Origin: Chiloscyllium plagiosum
Lineage: Eukaryota
Direction: 5' to 3'
DNA: 64,000 nt
NCBI RefSeq assembly: GCF_004010195.1
Contig: NC_057720.1
Span: forward strand, 22,713,206-22,777,205
The stretch's first letter is position 1. The number at the start of each line of letters is the position of its first letter. Below are positions 39,661-52,739 of this stretch, piece after piece. Under the pieces are notes generated by a model. The model searched no databases. It was not told where the DNA came from and saw only the letters and a list, made by a program, of their open reading frames with translations. The translations under genes and the position numbers were made by a program.

Positions 39661-41389
39661 GTAAATATCTACTATTTCATAAATGAAGCATGCTGCTGCT
39701 TTATGGTCTAACCTCCATGGAAATAATGCATGGAAGAAAAACACATTCTAATGCTCCTTCAATATACGGGTGCTGAGAAGTAATGTCGTGCTTATCCCAA
39801 AGCTGGTAAATGGATTGGAATTTATTTTTTGAGTAAAGTTGCTATCAATACTGATAAAGTGGCCTTGGCAAAATTTTCTTCCTTGGTCAACACAGTTGCA
39901 AAGTCATACCTCTGTTATGCCTGCTGCCTTGATGTATTCATGCTGTTTTCATTCCCCAATCAGTTCCATTCCTCCTTTTATGACCATTTCACCATCTGTA
40001 TTCTTATAGAAATCTTTTGGATTCCCTTTTATGTTAGCTGCCAGTCAATGTACTCTGATAAATGCATTGACTTGATTTTTCAGTTTGTCTCTACTGAGCC
40101 GGATTCTAATTTGTATGGCCCACCTGATATCTACCATCTATCCCTTTTCTCTTCCTCATCTTACTCTATCTCTGGTTTCACCCAAAGGGCTCAGGGTTTG
40201 TGTTTGTTTTCTCTGATTCCCTCCTCCCCATTGTGGGAACACACCTTGAGTCTCCATTAAGTGGAGCAATGTCATCTCATTCCCCAGTGAAAGAAAGTGA
40301 AAAATGTTTAGGAAGACTCCGCAAATATGACATTCTCAACTCTACTGATTAAATTACAATTTTTCCAATTGCTTAGACTTTTGAATATTTGGATCCTGTA
40401 AATACCACAAAGTAAATTATCTATATGAAATTAAAAAAAAACTCTATTTGCAAACAGAAAGACAAATACATTAAATATGGTTAGGTATAATAAAAACATA
40501 CTGGATTTTTCTGCTTTCTTTTGATAATACTAATTCTCTGTAGTAGTCAGGCTTAAAAAATGATAAATGCCACCATAAATCAGTATATAAATGCTTTCAT
40601 TGAGGATACCATCCATTTATTTATTTATTTATTAAAAATAGAAAACGCTAAAAATATCCAACAGGTCACTCATGTAGCGAGAAGGAAAAGTCACGACTGT
40701 TTGGCAGCATTGGAAATAATTATAGATGTAACAGATCTTCAGCATGTACAGAGGCAAGCATTGTTACATGGATATTAATTGTATGCAGGTGCTTGGCATT
40801 AACTGGAGGGTTCACTTGTTCTCCTATGGAGAAGGAAGAGAAGACAGTCTTGTGTTGCAGTGGCAAGTTTTTGTACCTCATGGCCAAAAGGTCTGGGTTT
40901 AAGTCCCTCCCGAGGATGTGATGGTCTTGGAGCTATGTCATGACAGGTCCAAACTGGCTGATTTGAAAAGTAAAAAAAAAACCTTCTGAAACTATAGGGA
41001 AGGAGTTGCATGTCTGTGTTGAGCACTCTGTAAAAAGACTGTGTGAAGATTGGTGTCTGTTCTTTTATTCTCCACCTGGCTTTGAAGATTAGAACAGGCA
41101 CCAGAGTGTGGAGGAGCAAAAAAAGAGGGATTATTTCTGATGGTGCACGAAGACAGGAGAGGTTACCCGATACCATCGTCATTCTTTTGCATTTTAAACG
41201 GTGGAGTAATGGAGCAAGTAAAGGAATAGAGGAAATTTAATGACCACAGCAAATTATAAACAACAGTCACGGTCCAAAAAATCAAGATGCAGGGTTATAA
41301 ATTTACTCTTGATATTTTACCATGTTGAGTTTAGAATGCTATAAACTATCTATTTGAAAGACGGAGATGTTGGTCCCTGATCTTTCATT

Positions 41390-42530
41390 GCACTTCATTA
41401 GACCATGGATTGGTATAGATACAGAACTGGCTAATGGGCAGCAAACAGCAAGTGGGGATGAGCAGTGTTTTTTTTCTGGTTGGTGACCTGTGACCAGTGG
41501 GGCTTCACAGAAATCAGTACTGGGTTTACAATATATATTAATAACTTGGAGGAAGGAAGTGAAAGTACTGCAGCCAGATTTGCAGACGATGCTAAAAAGG
41601 CAAGAGGAACACAAACATTTTTCAGAGTGATATTGATAGGTTGAGTGGCAAAATTATGGAAAATGAAGTATAATGTGGGAAAATGTGAAGTTGTTCATTT
41701 TAGAAGGGAGACCAAAAGAACAGTATTATTTAAATGAAGAGAAACTGCAGAAAGCTGCAACACAAAGAGACTTGGGGGAACTTGTGCATGAAACACAGAG
41801 AGCTAGCACACAGTGGCAGCAGGTAATCAGGAAGATTAGTAAAATGTTGGCTCTTATTACAAAAGCTGAAAATGTGTTGCTGGAAAAGCGCAGCAGGTCA
41901 GGCTGCGATAGGAACCCTCCAACCACAAGGGATGAACTCAAATTTCTCCAGTTTCCTCATTTCCCCTCCCCCCACCTTCTCTCAGTCAAATCCCTCAAAC
42001 TCAGCACCACCTTCCTAACCTGCAATCTTCTTCCTGACCGCTCCGCCCCCACCCCCACTTCGGCCTATCACCCTCACCTTGACCTCCTTCCACCTATCAC
42101 AGCCTGACCTGCTGCGCTTTCCAGCAACACATTTTCAGCTCTGATCTCCAGCATCTGCAGTCCTCACTTTCTCCTCTTATTACAAAAGGGTTGGAGTATA
42201 AGACTAGACAATTTTTACAGCAACCGTACAAGGTGCTGGTGAGACCACACCTGGAGTACTGTGAGCAGTTTTGTTTCCCTCATTTAAGAAAATATATCAT
42301 TTCATTTGAGGCAGTTCAGAGAAATTTCACCAGGATGCTCCTCAGTATGGAGGGAGTGTCTTATGAACAAAGGATAAACAGTTTGGGACGCTACTTGCTG
42401 GAGTTTAAAAGAACAAGAGGTGGTCTCTTTGAAACATTTAGCATTCTTAAGTGGTTTGACATAGTAAATGCTGAGAGGATATTTCATGGGAGAGCCTAAG
42501 ACCAGAGGGCATAGTCTCCAAATTCAGAGG
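41390..42530 (+). mobile_element. CR1 RT fragment interrupted by PLE
   Basis: FADDAK, NVGKCEVVHF, YKVLVRPHLEYCEQF. Confidence 0.88.
41866..42173. mobile_element. PLE insertion with inverted arm and internal deletion removing the hammerhead
   Basis: TSD ctcttattacaaaag at 41851-41865 and 42174-42188. Confidence 0.9.
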
Positions 42531-42654
42531 ATATTTTTGTTGGGCTATCTTTAAGACCTGATAAAAATGATTATAAGAATACACATGAACTTCAACACAT
42601 ATAGCAAATGTACAGTCTCATCCATCACAGAAACAGACCTTTCAGTCCAAACAG

Positions 42655-42881
42655 GGTCGAGATTAGAGTGGTGCTGGAAAAGCACAGCAGATCAGGCAGC
42701 ATCCGAGGAGCAGGAAAATCGACGTTTCGGGCAAAAGCCCTTTATCAGGATTCCTGATGAAGGGCTTTTGCCCGAAACGTTGATTTTCCTGCTCCTCGGA
42801 TGCTGCCTGACCTGCTGTGCTTTTCCAGCACCACTCTAATTGAGATTCTGGTTTCCAGCATCTGCAGTCCTTGTTTTTACC
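42655..42881. mobile_element. Near-perfect PLE-derived palindrome (second subfamily)
   Basis: Arms 42662-42750 and 42752-42840 with 1-nt centre; TSD ttc(a/g)gtccaaacag at 42641-42654 and 42882-42895. Confidence 0.92.
42748..42788 (+). ncRNA. Minimal hammerhead motif
   Basis: CTGATGA 42754-42760, gggc-tttt-gccc, GAAACGTT; the minus-arm copy reads CTGATAA (core change). Confidence 0.65.
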
Positions 42882-43282
42882 TTCGGTCCAAACAGTCCAT
42901 GCCGATTATAATCTCAAATTAAACTAGTCCCACCTACCTGGACTTGGCTCCTAACCCTCCAATCATTTCTTATTCACGTACTTATATAAATGTCTTTTAA
43001 ATATTGTAACTGTACTCCCATCCACCACTTCCTCTGGAAATTCATTCCACATATGAACAACTGTAAAAAATTGTCCATGTATTTTTAAAATATTTCTCCT
43101 CTCACCTTAAAAATTTTTCCCTAGTCTTGAAAACCTCCACCCTAGTGAAAAGACACCTGTCATTCATCATGTCGATGATCCTCATGATTTTACAACCTCC
43201 CATAAGGTCACCCCTCAACCTCCTACATTCCAGTGAAAAAAGTCCTCGCCCATCCAGCTTCTCCTTATAACTCAACCCTCCA

Positions 43283-43605
43283 TTAGATTAGATTAGATTA
43301 CTTACAGTGTGGAAACAGGCCCTTCGGCCCAACAAGTCCACACCGCCCCACCAAAGCGCAACCCACCCATACCCCTACATTTACCCCTTACCTAACACTA
43401 CGGGCAATTTAGCATGGCCAATTCACCTGACCTGCACATCTTTGTGTGTGTTGTGGGAGGAAACCGGAGCACCCGAAGGAAACCCACGCAGACACAGGGA
43501 GAACGTGCAAACTCCACACAGTCAGTCGCCTGAGGCGGGAATTGAACCCGGGTCTCTGGCGCTGTGAGGCAGCAGTGCTAACCACTCTCCCACCGTGCCG
43601 CCCAC
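43283..43605 (-). mobile_element. HE1/V-SINE, young
   Basis: Near-identical to the reverse complement of 34673-34986. Confidence 0.95.
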
Positions 43606-44429
43606 AACAACTTGGTAATTTCTTTTTCTGAACCCTCTCTAACTTAATAACATCCGTCCTATTACATAGCGACTAGAACTGGACACAGTCCTCCAGAAGA
43701 GACCTCAGCAACGTCTTGTTCAACTTCAAAATAATGTTCCAATTCCTATACCTAAAAGGTCTGAGCAATGAAGGCAAGCACGTTAAATGCCTTCTTCACC
43801 ACCTTATCTATATGTGATGCAAATTTCAAAGAATTATGTACCTGAATCCTTAGGTCTCTGTTCTACAACACTACCCAAGGACCCACATTTAATTGTACAA
43901 GTACTGCCCTTCTTTGTTTTACCAAAATGCATTACCTTACCTTTATCTAAATTAAACACCATCTGCCACTCTTCAACCCATTGAACCAATTGATTAAACT
44001 TTCATTGTAATCTTAGATAACCTTCTGCACTGTCCACTGTACCACCAATTTTGGTGTCAATCACAAATTTACTAACCACGCCTTCTAGATTTTCATCTAA
44101 ATGACTTATATAAATGACAAACAAAAGTGGGTTAAATTATTGGGTTAGTTTAATTTATTGGGCTAAATACCAATATATATGTGAATAATGTTAATTTATA
44201 CTGTGATTCATATATACAATATGTACTCATTATAAAGTTACATAATTAGGTAAACAACAGAGATAAACAAGTGAGTCTCACACTTCCTTTCTATCCATCA
44301 AGGACTTTGGCAACAACAACACTCAAGAGTTCTATCTCAGATTCCGTGGTGTGAAATCGATGGCCCCGCCTCATGAACCTGATCTGATGGGAGAAGTCCA
44401 AGTGGGACAAAGCCTCTAGGATTAATACT

Positions 44430-45642
44430 ATCCTGGTGAAAAATTTGCTAAAATTCTTTGAGGATGTAATGAGTAAGTTAGACAAAGGACAGCTAGTGGA
44501 TATGACCGATTTGGAATTCCAGCAGGCTTCTGACAAAGTATCACACATGAGACTGCTAAATAAGATAAGAGCCCATGGTGTTAGGCATGGTACTGACATG
44601 GATAGAGGATTGGTCTACTGGCAGAAAGAAAAAGAGGTATTTTTCAGGATGGCAGCTGCTGACTAGTGGAGTTCTGCAAGAGTCGGTATTTGGACCACAA
44701 CTATTCGCATTAATTATTAATGATCTGGATGATGGGACCGAGGTCATTATTGCTAAGTTTGCAGATAATATAAAGATAGGTGGAGGGGCAGGTAGTGCTA
44801 AGGAAGCAGGGAGGCTGCAGAAGAACATGGACAGACTAGGAGAGTGAACAAAGAAGTAGCAGATGGAACACAATGTGGTAAAGTGTGAGGTTATGCACTT
44901 TGGGAGGAAGAAGCAGCATAGACTATTTACTAAATGGGGAAATGCTTCAGAAATCTGAAGCACAAAGTGATTTAGGAGCCCTCATTCAGGAGTCTCATGA
45001 GGTTAATATGGACTCCGTTGGCAGTTAAGAAGGCAAATGTAATGTTAGCATTCACTTCAACATGGCTGGAATACAAGAGTAAAGATGTACAGCTAAGGCT
45101 GTATAAGCCTCTGGTCACACTGCATTTGGAATATTGTGAGCAGTTTTGGGCTTATACTTAAGGAAGAATGTGCTAAGTTGGACTGGGTCCAAAGGAGGTT
45201 TACAAGAATGATCTGAAGATGTCATATGAAGTGCAGCTGAGGACTCTTGGTTTGTACTCAATAGAGTTCAGAAGGATGAGGGAAGATCTCACTGAATATT
45301 GAGATGTCTGGATAGAGTGGATGTGGAGATGTTTCTATTAATAGCAGTGACTAGGTACAGCCTTAAAATGAAGGACGTCCCATTAGAACTGAAAAGAGGA
45401 AGAATTTTTTCAGCCAGATGGTGGTTACTCTGTGGAATCATTGCTGCAGAGAGCTGTGGATACAACGTAATTGAGGGCATTTAAGGCAGAACTACACAGA
45501 TTCTTGATTGTTAAAGGGGATCGAGTGTTATGGTGAGAAGGACAGAGAATGAGATTGAGAAACATTTCGGCCACAAATGAATAACGAAATAGATGCTATG
45601 GGCTCAATGGCTTAATTTTGCTCCTATACCTTGTGGTCTTAT
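44430..45642 (+). mobile_element. CR1 RT-to-3' end fragment
   Basis: NLLKFFEDV, FQQASDKVSH, AKFADNIKIGG, KCEVMHFG. Confidence 0.9.
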
Positions 45643-46559
45643 GATAAGTGCCACTGAAATTGGAAGAGACTGACCCAATCAAAGATATCAATGACTTAGT
45701 GCAATAAGAATGGAAGTACATGTGTAATGTCTAAGCACAATAGTCAAGCAATGTTTCTTCACTGCACCACAAAATGCCATAATCACTTTCTCAAAATAAG
45801 GCTACTTTTAAAGTTTAACATCGTTGATAATTTACTTTTTAGTAAGCACAAACCATAAATAATAAATTTTGAAAAGTACTGTACGATTACTGTAAAATCT
45901 GACGTGATTCCAGCACACATTGCCAAAATTTCCACCTACTCAGTTGCACAACACCACAATTTTATGCTTAAAAGTTAAATGTAGTCTTTGGGTGACCATT
46001 ATGCATTATGTTAATGTCAGCAAAACCAATATTGAAACAAATTTTGGCGAAGAAGTACCTTTGGCTGGTCATGTTCTGGAAGTGCTCATACAAACAAGGA
46101 TGTAAGCCACCTTCCCCACACACCCCATCCCGCCTCCTTCCTTACACAGAGAACTAGTATTTCAGAAGCAGTACTCACTTTCTGGATGAAAATCAGTGAG
46201 AATATAAACTTCCCGCATCCTGCAAAAGGTTGCCCATCAACATGTGCTGCTGCTTCACAATACTCCCACGCTTTGTGGGACAGGTTGAAGTATCGGCAGA
46301 TATTCAACCTGCTTTCCAGTATGGCTGTGGGTGGCAGGAACTGGAGTGTAAAACTGAAACTGTAGTTTGGCTGATGCTTGCATCTGATTCAGCAATTCTG
46401 GAACTCTTTAGCTGCAGGTTTACTCGTTAGTAAACTCAAACCTAAAGAATCTTCTCCATGGATTGGAATTTCTTGTACTGCTTACCAAGGCTACAAAATA
46501 TATTTTCTCTAATAAATCAACTTTCAGCAATGCCAAGAACTTCCAATGCTTAACGAAAT

Positions 46560-47060
46560 CCGCTAATCAGATGTCAAAACCTGCATATATATTGCATCAC
46601 TTCAACTTGATGCTTATGCCAGTCTTTCCCCATGATTCATACTGAAATCTTCATTTCTGACTCAACTGCTCTAATACACTTATGGCTGTTTCCCACTTTC
46701 CACCAATAAACTTGAGTACATATAAATCATTGCCTCGACTTTAACCCACAGCTAGATCCATTCACTTTTATGTTGACTGACTCTGCTCCCAGACTGCCAA
46801 AGCTACAAAGTTCTTATCCTTGTGTTCATGTCCCTCTATTCTCTCTCCTTTGTCAACTCCTCCAGGCCCACAACTCTCTAAAGAATTGTACACTCCTCCA
46901 AATCTGAACTCGTCTTTCAATCTATGAAAGGTGGCTTTGTTTTTACTTAACCTTGGGAATTCCCCCCACACCCACTAAATTTCTATTCCTTTCCAACCTG
47001 TCACTTCTTTTAAGACCTCCTTAAAACTACACTTTGATTATTTTATTGCTTGTTTCATTG
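46560..47060 (+). mobile_element. L2-like 3' relic
   Basis: YKVLILVFMSL-like motif and ttttaagacctccttaaaact 3' signature. Confidence 0.45.
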
Positions 47061-47084
47061 GGCTAGAAATGTTTGCAAAGCTTT

Positions 47085-48215
47085 TTTGAGATATGGACTC
47101 CTCTGACTACGCCAACATCTTTCATCATCCCTAATTGCCCAGACCCCCAGTTACGAATCAACCACTTTACTGTGGGTCTGAAGCTACAGGTAGGTCTCAA
47201 TAGGTAAGCATGACAGATTTCCTTTCCTAAAAGGGCATGAGTGAACCAGATGAGTCATTCCCTCAAGGAGATTATAAGTGTTTCAAGTCTGATTGCTCTT
47301 AATAGAGCAAGTCTGATAGAAGCTGATATAAAAACTAGTATTTATACTGGTGTTAAACCCCTTTCATATCTCTCTCCTGCTCTGAATCCACCTCTCCACT
47401 CAACTCTATCCCCTACACCCCCAAGCTCGTCTTCAGCATAAATACCAATCTTTCCCAGCTGCTCTCAATTCTGATGAAGCGTCACCAGACTTGAAACATT
47501 AACTCTACTTTCACTCACAAATGCTGCCAGATCTGCTGTGTTTCACCAGCAATTTGTGTTTTTGTTTCCAATCTTCGGTATCCGCAGTTTGTTGTTTCAT
47601 TAAAGATGGAATCTGTTTCAGTGACAATTTGTTAAATTGAATTCTACATTCACTGTGAAATTGCTTCCCACGCTCCTAGTTCTACTTGAAAGCTTCTTAA
47701 CTGATGCCCTGTGCTACCATCTCAACAGCCAACTGAAACTGTTAACTCTTAACAACATAAAGAGCTTCTGTTCAGGCCTCCAGTAATGAAAGTCCTTGAG
47801 TCTTAGGTTTCTTTACAGGATTGTACCAATCATCACTGGTAATGTGATTGGTTTTTAAAATTTTTTTCACAGGATGTGGGCATCGCTGGCTAGGCCAGCA
47901 TTTATTGTCCATCCCTAATTGCCAAGCGGGCAGTCAACCACATTGCTGTGGGACTGGAGTCACACGTTCAACCATATTGCTTTGGGACTGGAGTCACACA
48001 TAGACCACACCAGGTAAGGATGACAGATTTCCTTCCCTGAAGGTCATTCCTAAATCAGGAGGGTTTTACAGATAATTAAATACCAGTTTCATTATCATTA
48101 CACTGTTAATTTCACATTTTTAATTTAATTGCTATTCAGCTATATGCTGTCAAATCCAGCTCCCCAGATCATTACCAAGGTCTCTGGATTAATAGTTTAA
48201 AGCTAATACCACTTT
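47085..48215 (-). mobile_element. Two SacSINE1/DeuSINE-like fragments (47085-47260 and 47850-48215)
   Basis: gacagatttccttccctgaagg core, ggccagcatttattg tail. Confidence 0.65.
47350..47602 (+). mobile_element. Old PLE 3' unit with decayed hammerhead
   Basis: caattCTGATGAagcgtcaccagacttGAAACATTaact followed by atgctgccagatctgctg tail. Confidence 0.7.
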
Positions 48216-48739
48216 TCATTCTGTGAGTCATTTGAATCAGAATCAGACTAAGAGTCAGAGTCAACTAACGTTTAGAGATAGGAATTGTATCATTATCAGA
48301 AAAAAAAAACATTGTAAGGGTTTAGGAGAAAAAGTAGGGAAGCAGCATGAGGTGAGATACTCATTCACAGGGCCAGTACAGACAGGATCAGCCAAATGGC
48401 CTCAGATGAGTCTGGTTACTTTAAAGCGTGTGACAGGAAGAGAACCCTGATTGGACAGATTAAAGGAAGGAAAATGGTTTGGTGAGCATTTTAGGTACAA
48501 CAGAATAAGAGATGGGTATTATGGGCAAGATGAACTCCAGGAAGATGTGAAGGAAAATGGAAGAGTGATGAGGAGATGAGAAACATTCAGAGCTCAGGAA
48601 AACAAAACACTGCAGCTTGGTTTGACATGGTGTGAAAGGTCAGGGACCAGAAGCTGGCAAATGGATGTGTTAAAGTAAGTCCATGAATCTTGTGTGAAAG
48701 GCATAGTACCCAATAAGAAGGGTAAAGAAACTACAATTG

Positions 48740-48945
48740 AAAAGCAGAATACAGCAGATGCTGAAAACCAGAAAATATTGAAGCTCAGCAGGTCAAACAG
48801 CACCTGTGGAGAGAAACAGAGTTTACATTTGAAGTCACATTCAGTTCAAACAAATGGTGACTTGGTCCACAGGTGCTGCTAGAATCTGCTGAATAATTAC
48901 AACACTTTTTTTTATCTCAGAATCCAGCATCTACAGTACTGTGCT
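48740..48945. mobile_element. Old degenerate PLE palindrome (similar relics at 49625-49775, 52615-52690, 53465-53600)
   Basis: gcagatgctg...cagcaggtc inverted to gctgctagaatctgctg...cagcatctac. Confidence 0.6.
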
Positions 48946-50210
48946 TGGACATTTGAAAGGAACTGTGACTATTTTTAAAAAGTGATCTGGGATAGAATGC
49001 ATTAGACAAATTCACTTGCTTGGATTAAGTGTACTTTTGCACTACACACCCCCATGTCTGGAAAGAAGCATAAGTATCAGCCACACCAGGCATGAAAGGA
49101 AATAGCAAACAGGTTTATGAACAGATAATCAGTCACAGAAATAAACAGCAGCAGTCAAGTTGCTAACATAAACATGGCTTTAGATTTGCCCAATTCAAAT
49201 AACGCAGAATCTTTGAAATAGTTCATGACAAACCAGTCGGTTAAGTTTTCACAAGATTGTACACAGAAACTCCAATGGTGAATACATGTAGGAGGAGAAT
49301 AGCCATCCAATATATATGTGTTTGCAATACATTGCAGAATTATACAAGAGCCATATACAAAACAAATCCTGTCTTTTTCAGCATCCTGTATCGAGTATCC
49401 AATCTTTATATCCATACGCATTTCTTAACTTTTGAGATGCTTGCTCCCATGACAAGTGTTGTCTATATTGGGCTATCCCAATTAGATTGTGTTGTCGCTT
49501 CATAGACTTGCAATACATGTTAATTGTCTCTAACATTTGAGTAGGTTCAATGATTACTAATAGACCTAAGCATCTGGGAAAACACTCAACAGACTTGGCA
49601 AGATTGGCTGCTTTCCAATATGTTCTGAAATAAAAAACAGAAATTGCTGGAAAATCTCAGGCCATTGCACCCGAAAAGTTAACTCTGATTTCTCTCCACA
49701 GATATTGCCAGATCTGAGATTTTCCAGCAATTTTTTGTCAGATTTCCAGCATCTGCAATTCTTTCAGTTTTTTTTTTCCCAATCTACTCTTTTGGCTTTG
49801 CAGAAAGTAAAACGTAATCTTCCAGCATGCAGCTTGAGGAAAGCATTTTGTTCCTTTTCAAATTGTGCAGTTAATCTAAAGATTCACTTTATAAAAAGAA
49901 AAGCAGCCTAAAAATAGAACATAAGTATGTTCCACATTCTTAATATAATCTGTTTTATAAAGTACAGAAGCATTAATTAGACTCTATAATAGCTATTTTA
50001 TCCTGACTTGGAGATATTTATTTGCAAAATGCCTAATCTGTAATAATGATACTCAGATTGTGCCTATACAGATTGTCTGGCTGTTGACTTGATTTGTTGG
50101 CAGAGCAGGCTACATCTGGGTAATGTGGAAGACTGAATCACACCATGTACACGTAGTTGGTGATGGCAGAAATCAAGACTGCGAGTAAGGGTGTGGCTAG
50201 ATATATAATA

Positions 50211-50428
50211 CAGTCAGTTCTGCTCTAATGCAGCAGTTTTGTTCTCATGCAATCCTGTGTTATAAGAAAATTATATAATAGCAGCACCATTTAAACTAAA
50301 GGAGCCAGGATTATGTTATAACCAATACATGCTTTAAGACCTTATGCTTTAGAACAATGCCCCCAGTTCGTCAATCATGTTAAAGTGAATTTGCATTAAC
50401 AAAACGCACGTGAAAGCAGATCGACCCG
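50211..50428. mobile_element. pogo/Tigger-type MITE
   Basis: TA flanks; imperfect TIR cagtcagttctgct / agcagatcgacccg. Confidence 0.6.
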
Positions 50429-50559
50429 TAAGATTATCAAAACGGGGATATGCTTGAATATGGGATTAGAATACTTTGCCACTTGTTTTTGACCTGCGCA
50501 GACTTGATGGGCCTAAGAGTCTTTTTCTGTGCTGTAGACCTCTATGACTCCAATTGACA

Positions 50560-50830
50560 TCAGCATGGTGGCTCAGTGGTTAGCACCACTGTCTCGTAGC
50601 GCCAGGGACCCTGGTTTGATTCCACCCTCGGGTAATTGTTCATGTGGAGTTTGCATATTCTCCCCATGTCTGTCTGGGTGCTCCAGTTTCCTCCCACAGT
50701 CCAAGGATGTACAGGTTAGGTGGATTGACCATGGGAATTGCATGGCTACAGGGATGGTTTGGGTGGGATGCAGTTCGGGAGATCAGTGTGGACTCATTGG
50801 GCCAAATGGCCTGTAGAGATTCTATGAACT
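50560..50830 (+). mobile_element. HE1/V-SINE, older
   Basis: Head and V-domain. Confidence 0.85.
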
Positions 50831-51599
50831 GCTTTTCCTAGGATGTATTATCTGCCAGTCAATTTAATGTACTGGGGTTAATGAGATCTTGCTTTTAATG
50901 CATGGAAACCACACTGTTTCTATGCTCTTTTGAGTGCTGTACCATACTAATGTATGTTCACTACCTGCACAATCAGCAAGACGCTTATAGTAACCCAACC
51001 TTCACTAGTTTCTCCAGACTTAATCCACGTTTCTGAGAACAGAAGTTAATGTTTCACTTTTGACATTCTTCTATTGAACCTCAAGTGACAGGAAGCATGG
51101 AATTAAGAGAATATGTGTTGTATAATAAAGTAGATATTGTGCCATTTATTGCATAATCTATTTTCAGGGTCATAAGTTATTGACAAGTGAATGAATTAAA
51201 CTATTTCAAGAAAGATTGTGTGAATTTGGGGAACTGAGCTGTCTTAGTTATGAAAGTTTTGTTTTTTGCATATGCACTCTGTTCTCAAACTGGAGATTGC
51301 ACTGGAAAAGTTGCAGCACAGATGTTCCATCAGATATTGACAGAATTTGGGTTGTAATTACTGTAGACAGAATCTTACTGGGATCAGAAAAACACAGGTG
51401 AAAGCACATTCTGTAAAAGAATGGTCCAAATCTCTGGCTCGGCTAAGCTCAATGTTGTCAGCATCTGGATCCATCTCACAGATGTTTTGTAATCAACCTG
51501 GACACAGATGTTATTAAACCACTCAGGAGTAGGTGGAACTTGAACTCAGGCTTCTGCTTTTCCTAAACGTCATGGCGAGTTTCTCGCTAGGCATTAGTG

Positions 51600-52150
51600 A
51601 GTTGCCAAATAATAGGGTTATTGTTTGTTAATTGCCTTGTTAACAACCCAACTCACCTCATTAATATTCATCTTTCTATATTACTGAACACACTAAAATA
51701 AGATAATCGAAAACGCTCAACATGGAAATCAATATACAACATGGAATTCAGCTCACCACTTGTTGCAAATGACCTCCTTGGTGAACACCAGACACCAATG
51801 TCTCAGGCACAATGCATGGGCATTGGCCATATGCACCCCACATCCATGGACATTGGCATCCAATATGTTCAAGCCCTGAGGAACTCATAAGGCACATCTC
51901 CGATGCACTTATAGGATGCTTCTTCTCTCCAAAGGGCTTGGGTTGCACTGGAAACTATCATTGCAGCAAGGACACTGTGCACTCAAGGCTATGCACCCAG
52001 CACATGAAGTGGAACAGGGTGCATCTCTGTGCTCATCGCTTGTTGTCATAGTACTCATTTACTCTGAGCCTACTTAGATGCTCACAGCATCTCTGCTTTG
52101 CATTTACCTCTCTGATCACTTTATGTTTTGCCCCTTCAGCCAGAGCTACC
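51600..52150 (-). mobile_element. Harbinger transposase 5' relic
   Basis: CLRHWCLVFTKEVI resembles CLRRLRFTKEVV of HARBI1-like transposases. Confidence 0.35.
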
Positions 52151-52739
52151 AGCTTCATATTAAGGCTTAGTGTAGATACTCAGGAAGAAAGCTTGCCATG
52201 GTTGTCAACAGGTCTCCGTCAAGCCAAGGGAGAGAACCATCAGTGAGGTGGTCACAGCTCAGTAAATCAAGGGCAGCCTCTAATATTAGTCCAGGAATTA
52301 GGAAAGATCAGTCAGCCCTGTGAGACAGTCAGTGTCAGGATGTGCTCAACACAAGAGATAAGAAGCTGAATTTCAGACAGCCTACCACCCATCCTGACTC
52401 TTTCTGCTCTATTAGGGGATAGGAGCATTAGTTAGGAATCAGGAACAGCAGAATGTCACTAAGCACATTGTAATGGCTTTGTGAGAACAATGAGCAATTG
52501 GGAGGCTGCTAAGGTAAGCAAAGTAGCCTTTATTTAATTTTGTTTAATAAATAAGAGTTAAAGGAAGCTCTGAAGAACAGGCATTGAATCCAAAATATTA
52601 AATCCGCTTTATATTCACAGATGCTAAGTTTTTCCAGCAATTTCTGATTTTGTTTTGCTCTCCCAGCATCCAAAGTTCTTGGATTTTCCCTCAGATATAC
52701 AGTTGTAGGCAGTTGTAAAAGGGCACAAAAACAGAGGTA

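Larger units (their letters stand above)
42620..44130 (-). mobile_element. CR1 fragment with nested PLE palindrome and HE1 SINE
   Basis: VSKFVIDTKIGG, VMHFGKTK, RRLRGDL motifs. Confidence 0.85.

Noticed and set aside
46086..46430. Open frames with a gtgagt donor at about 46178
   Set aside because: No recognisable protein; cannot be separated from chance
49370..49565. Minus-strand open frame ending WILDTGC
   Set aside because: Single Copia-protease-like word with no other Copia motifs
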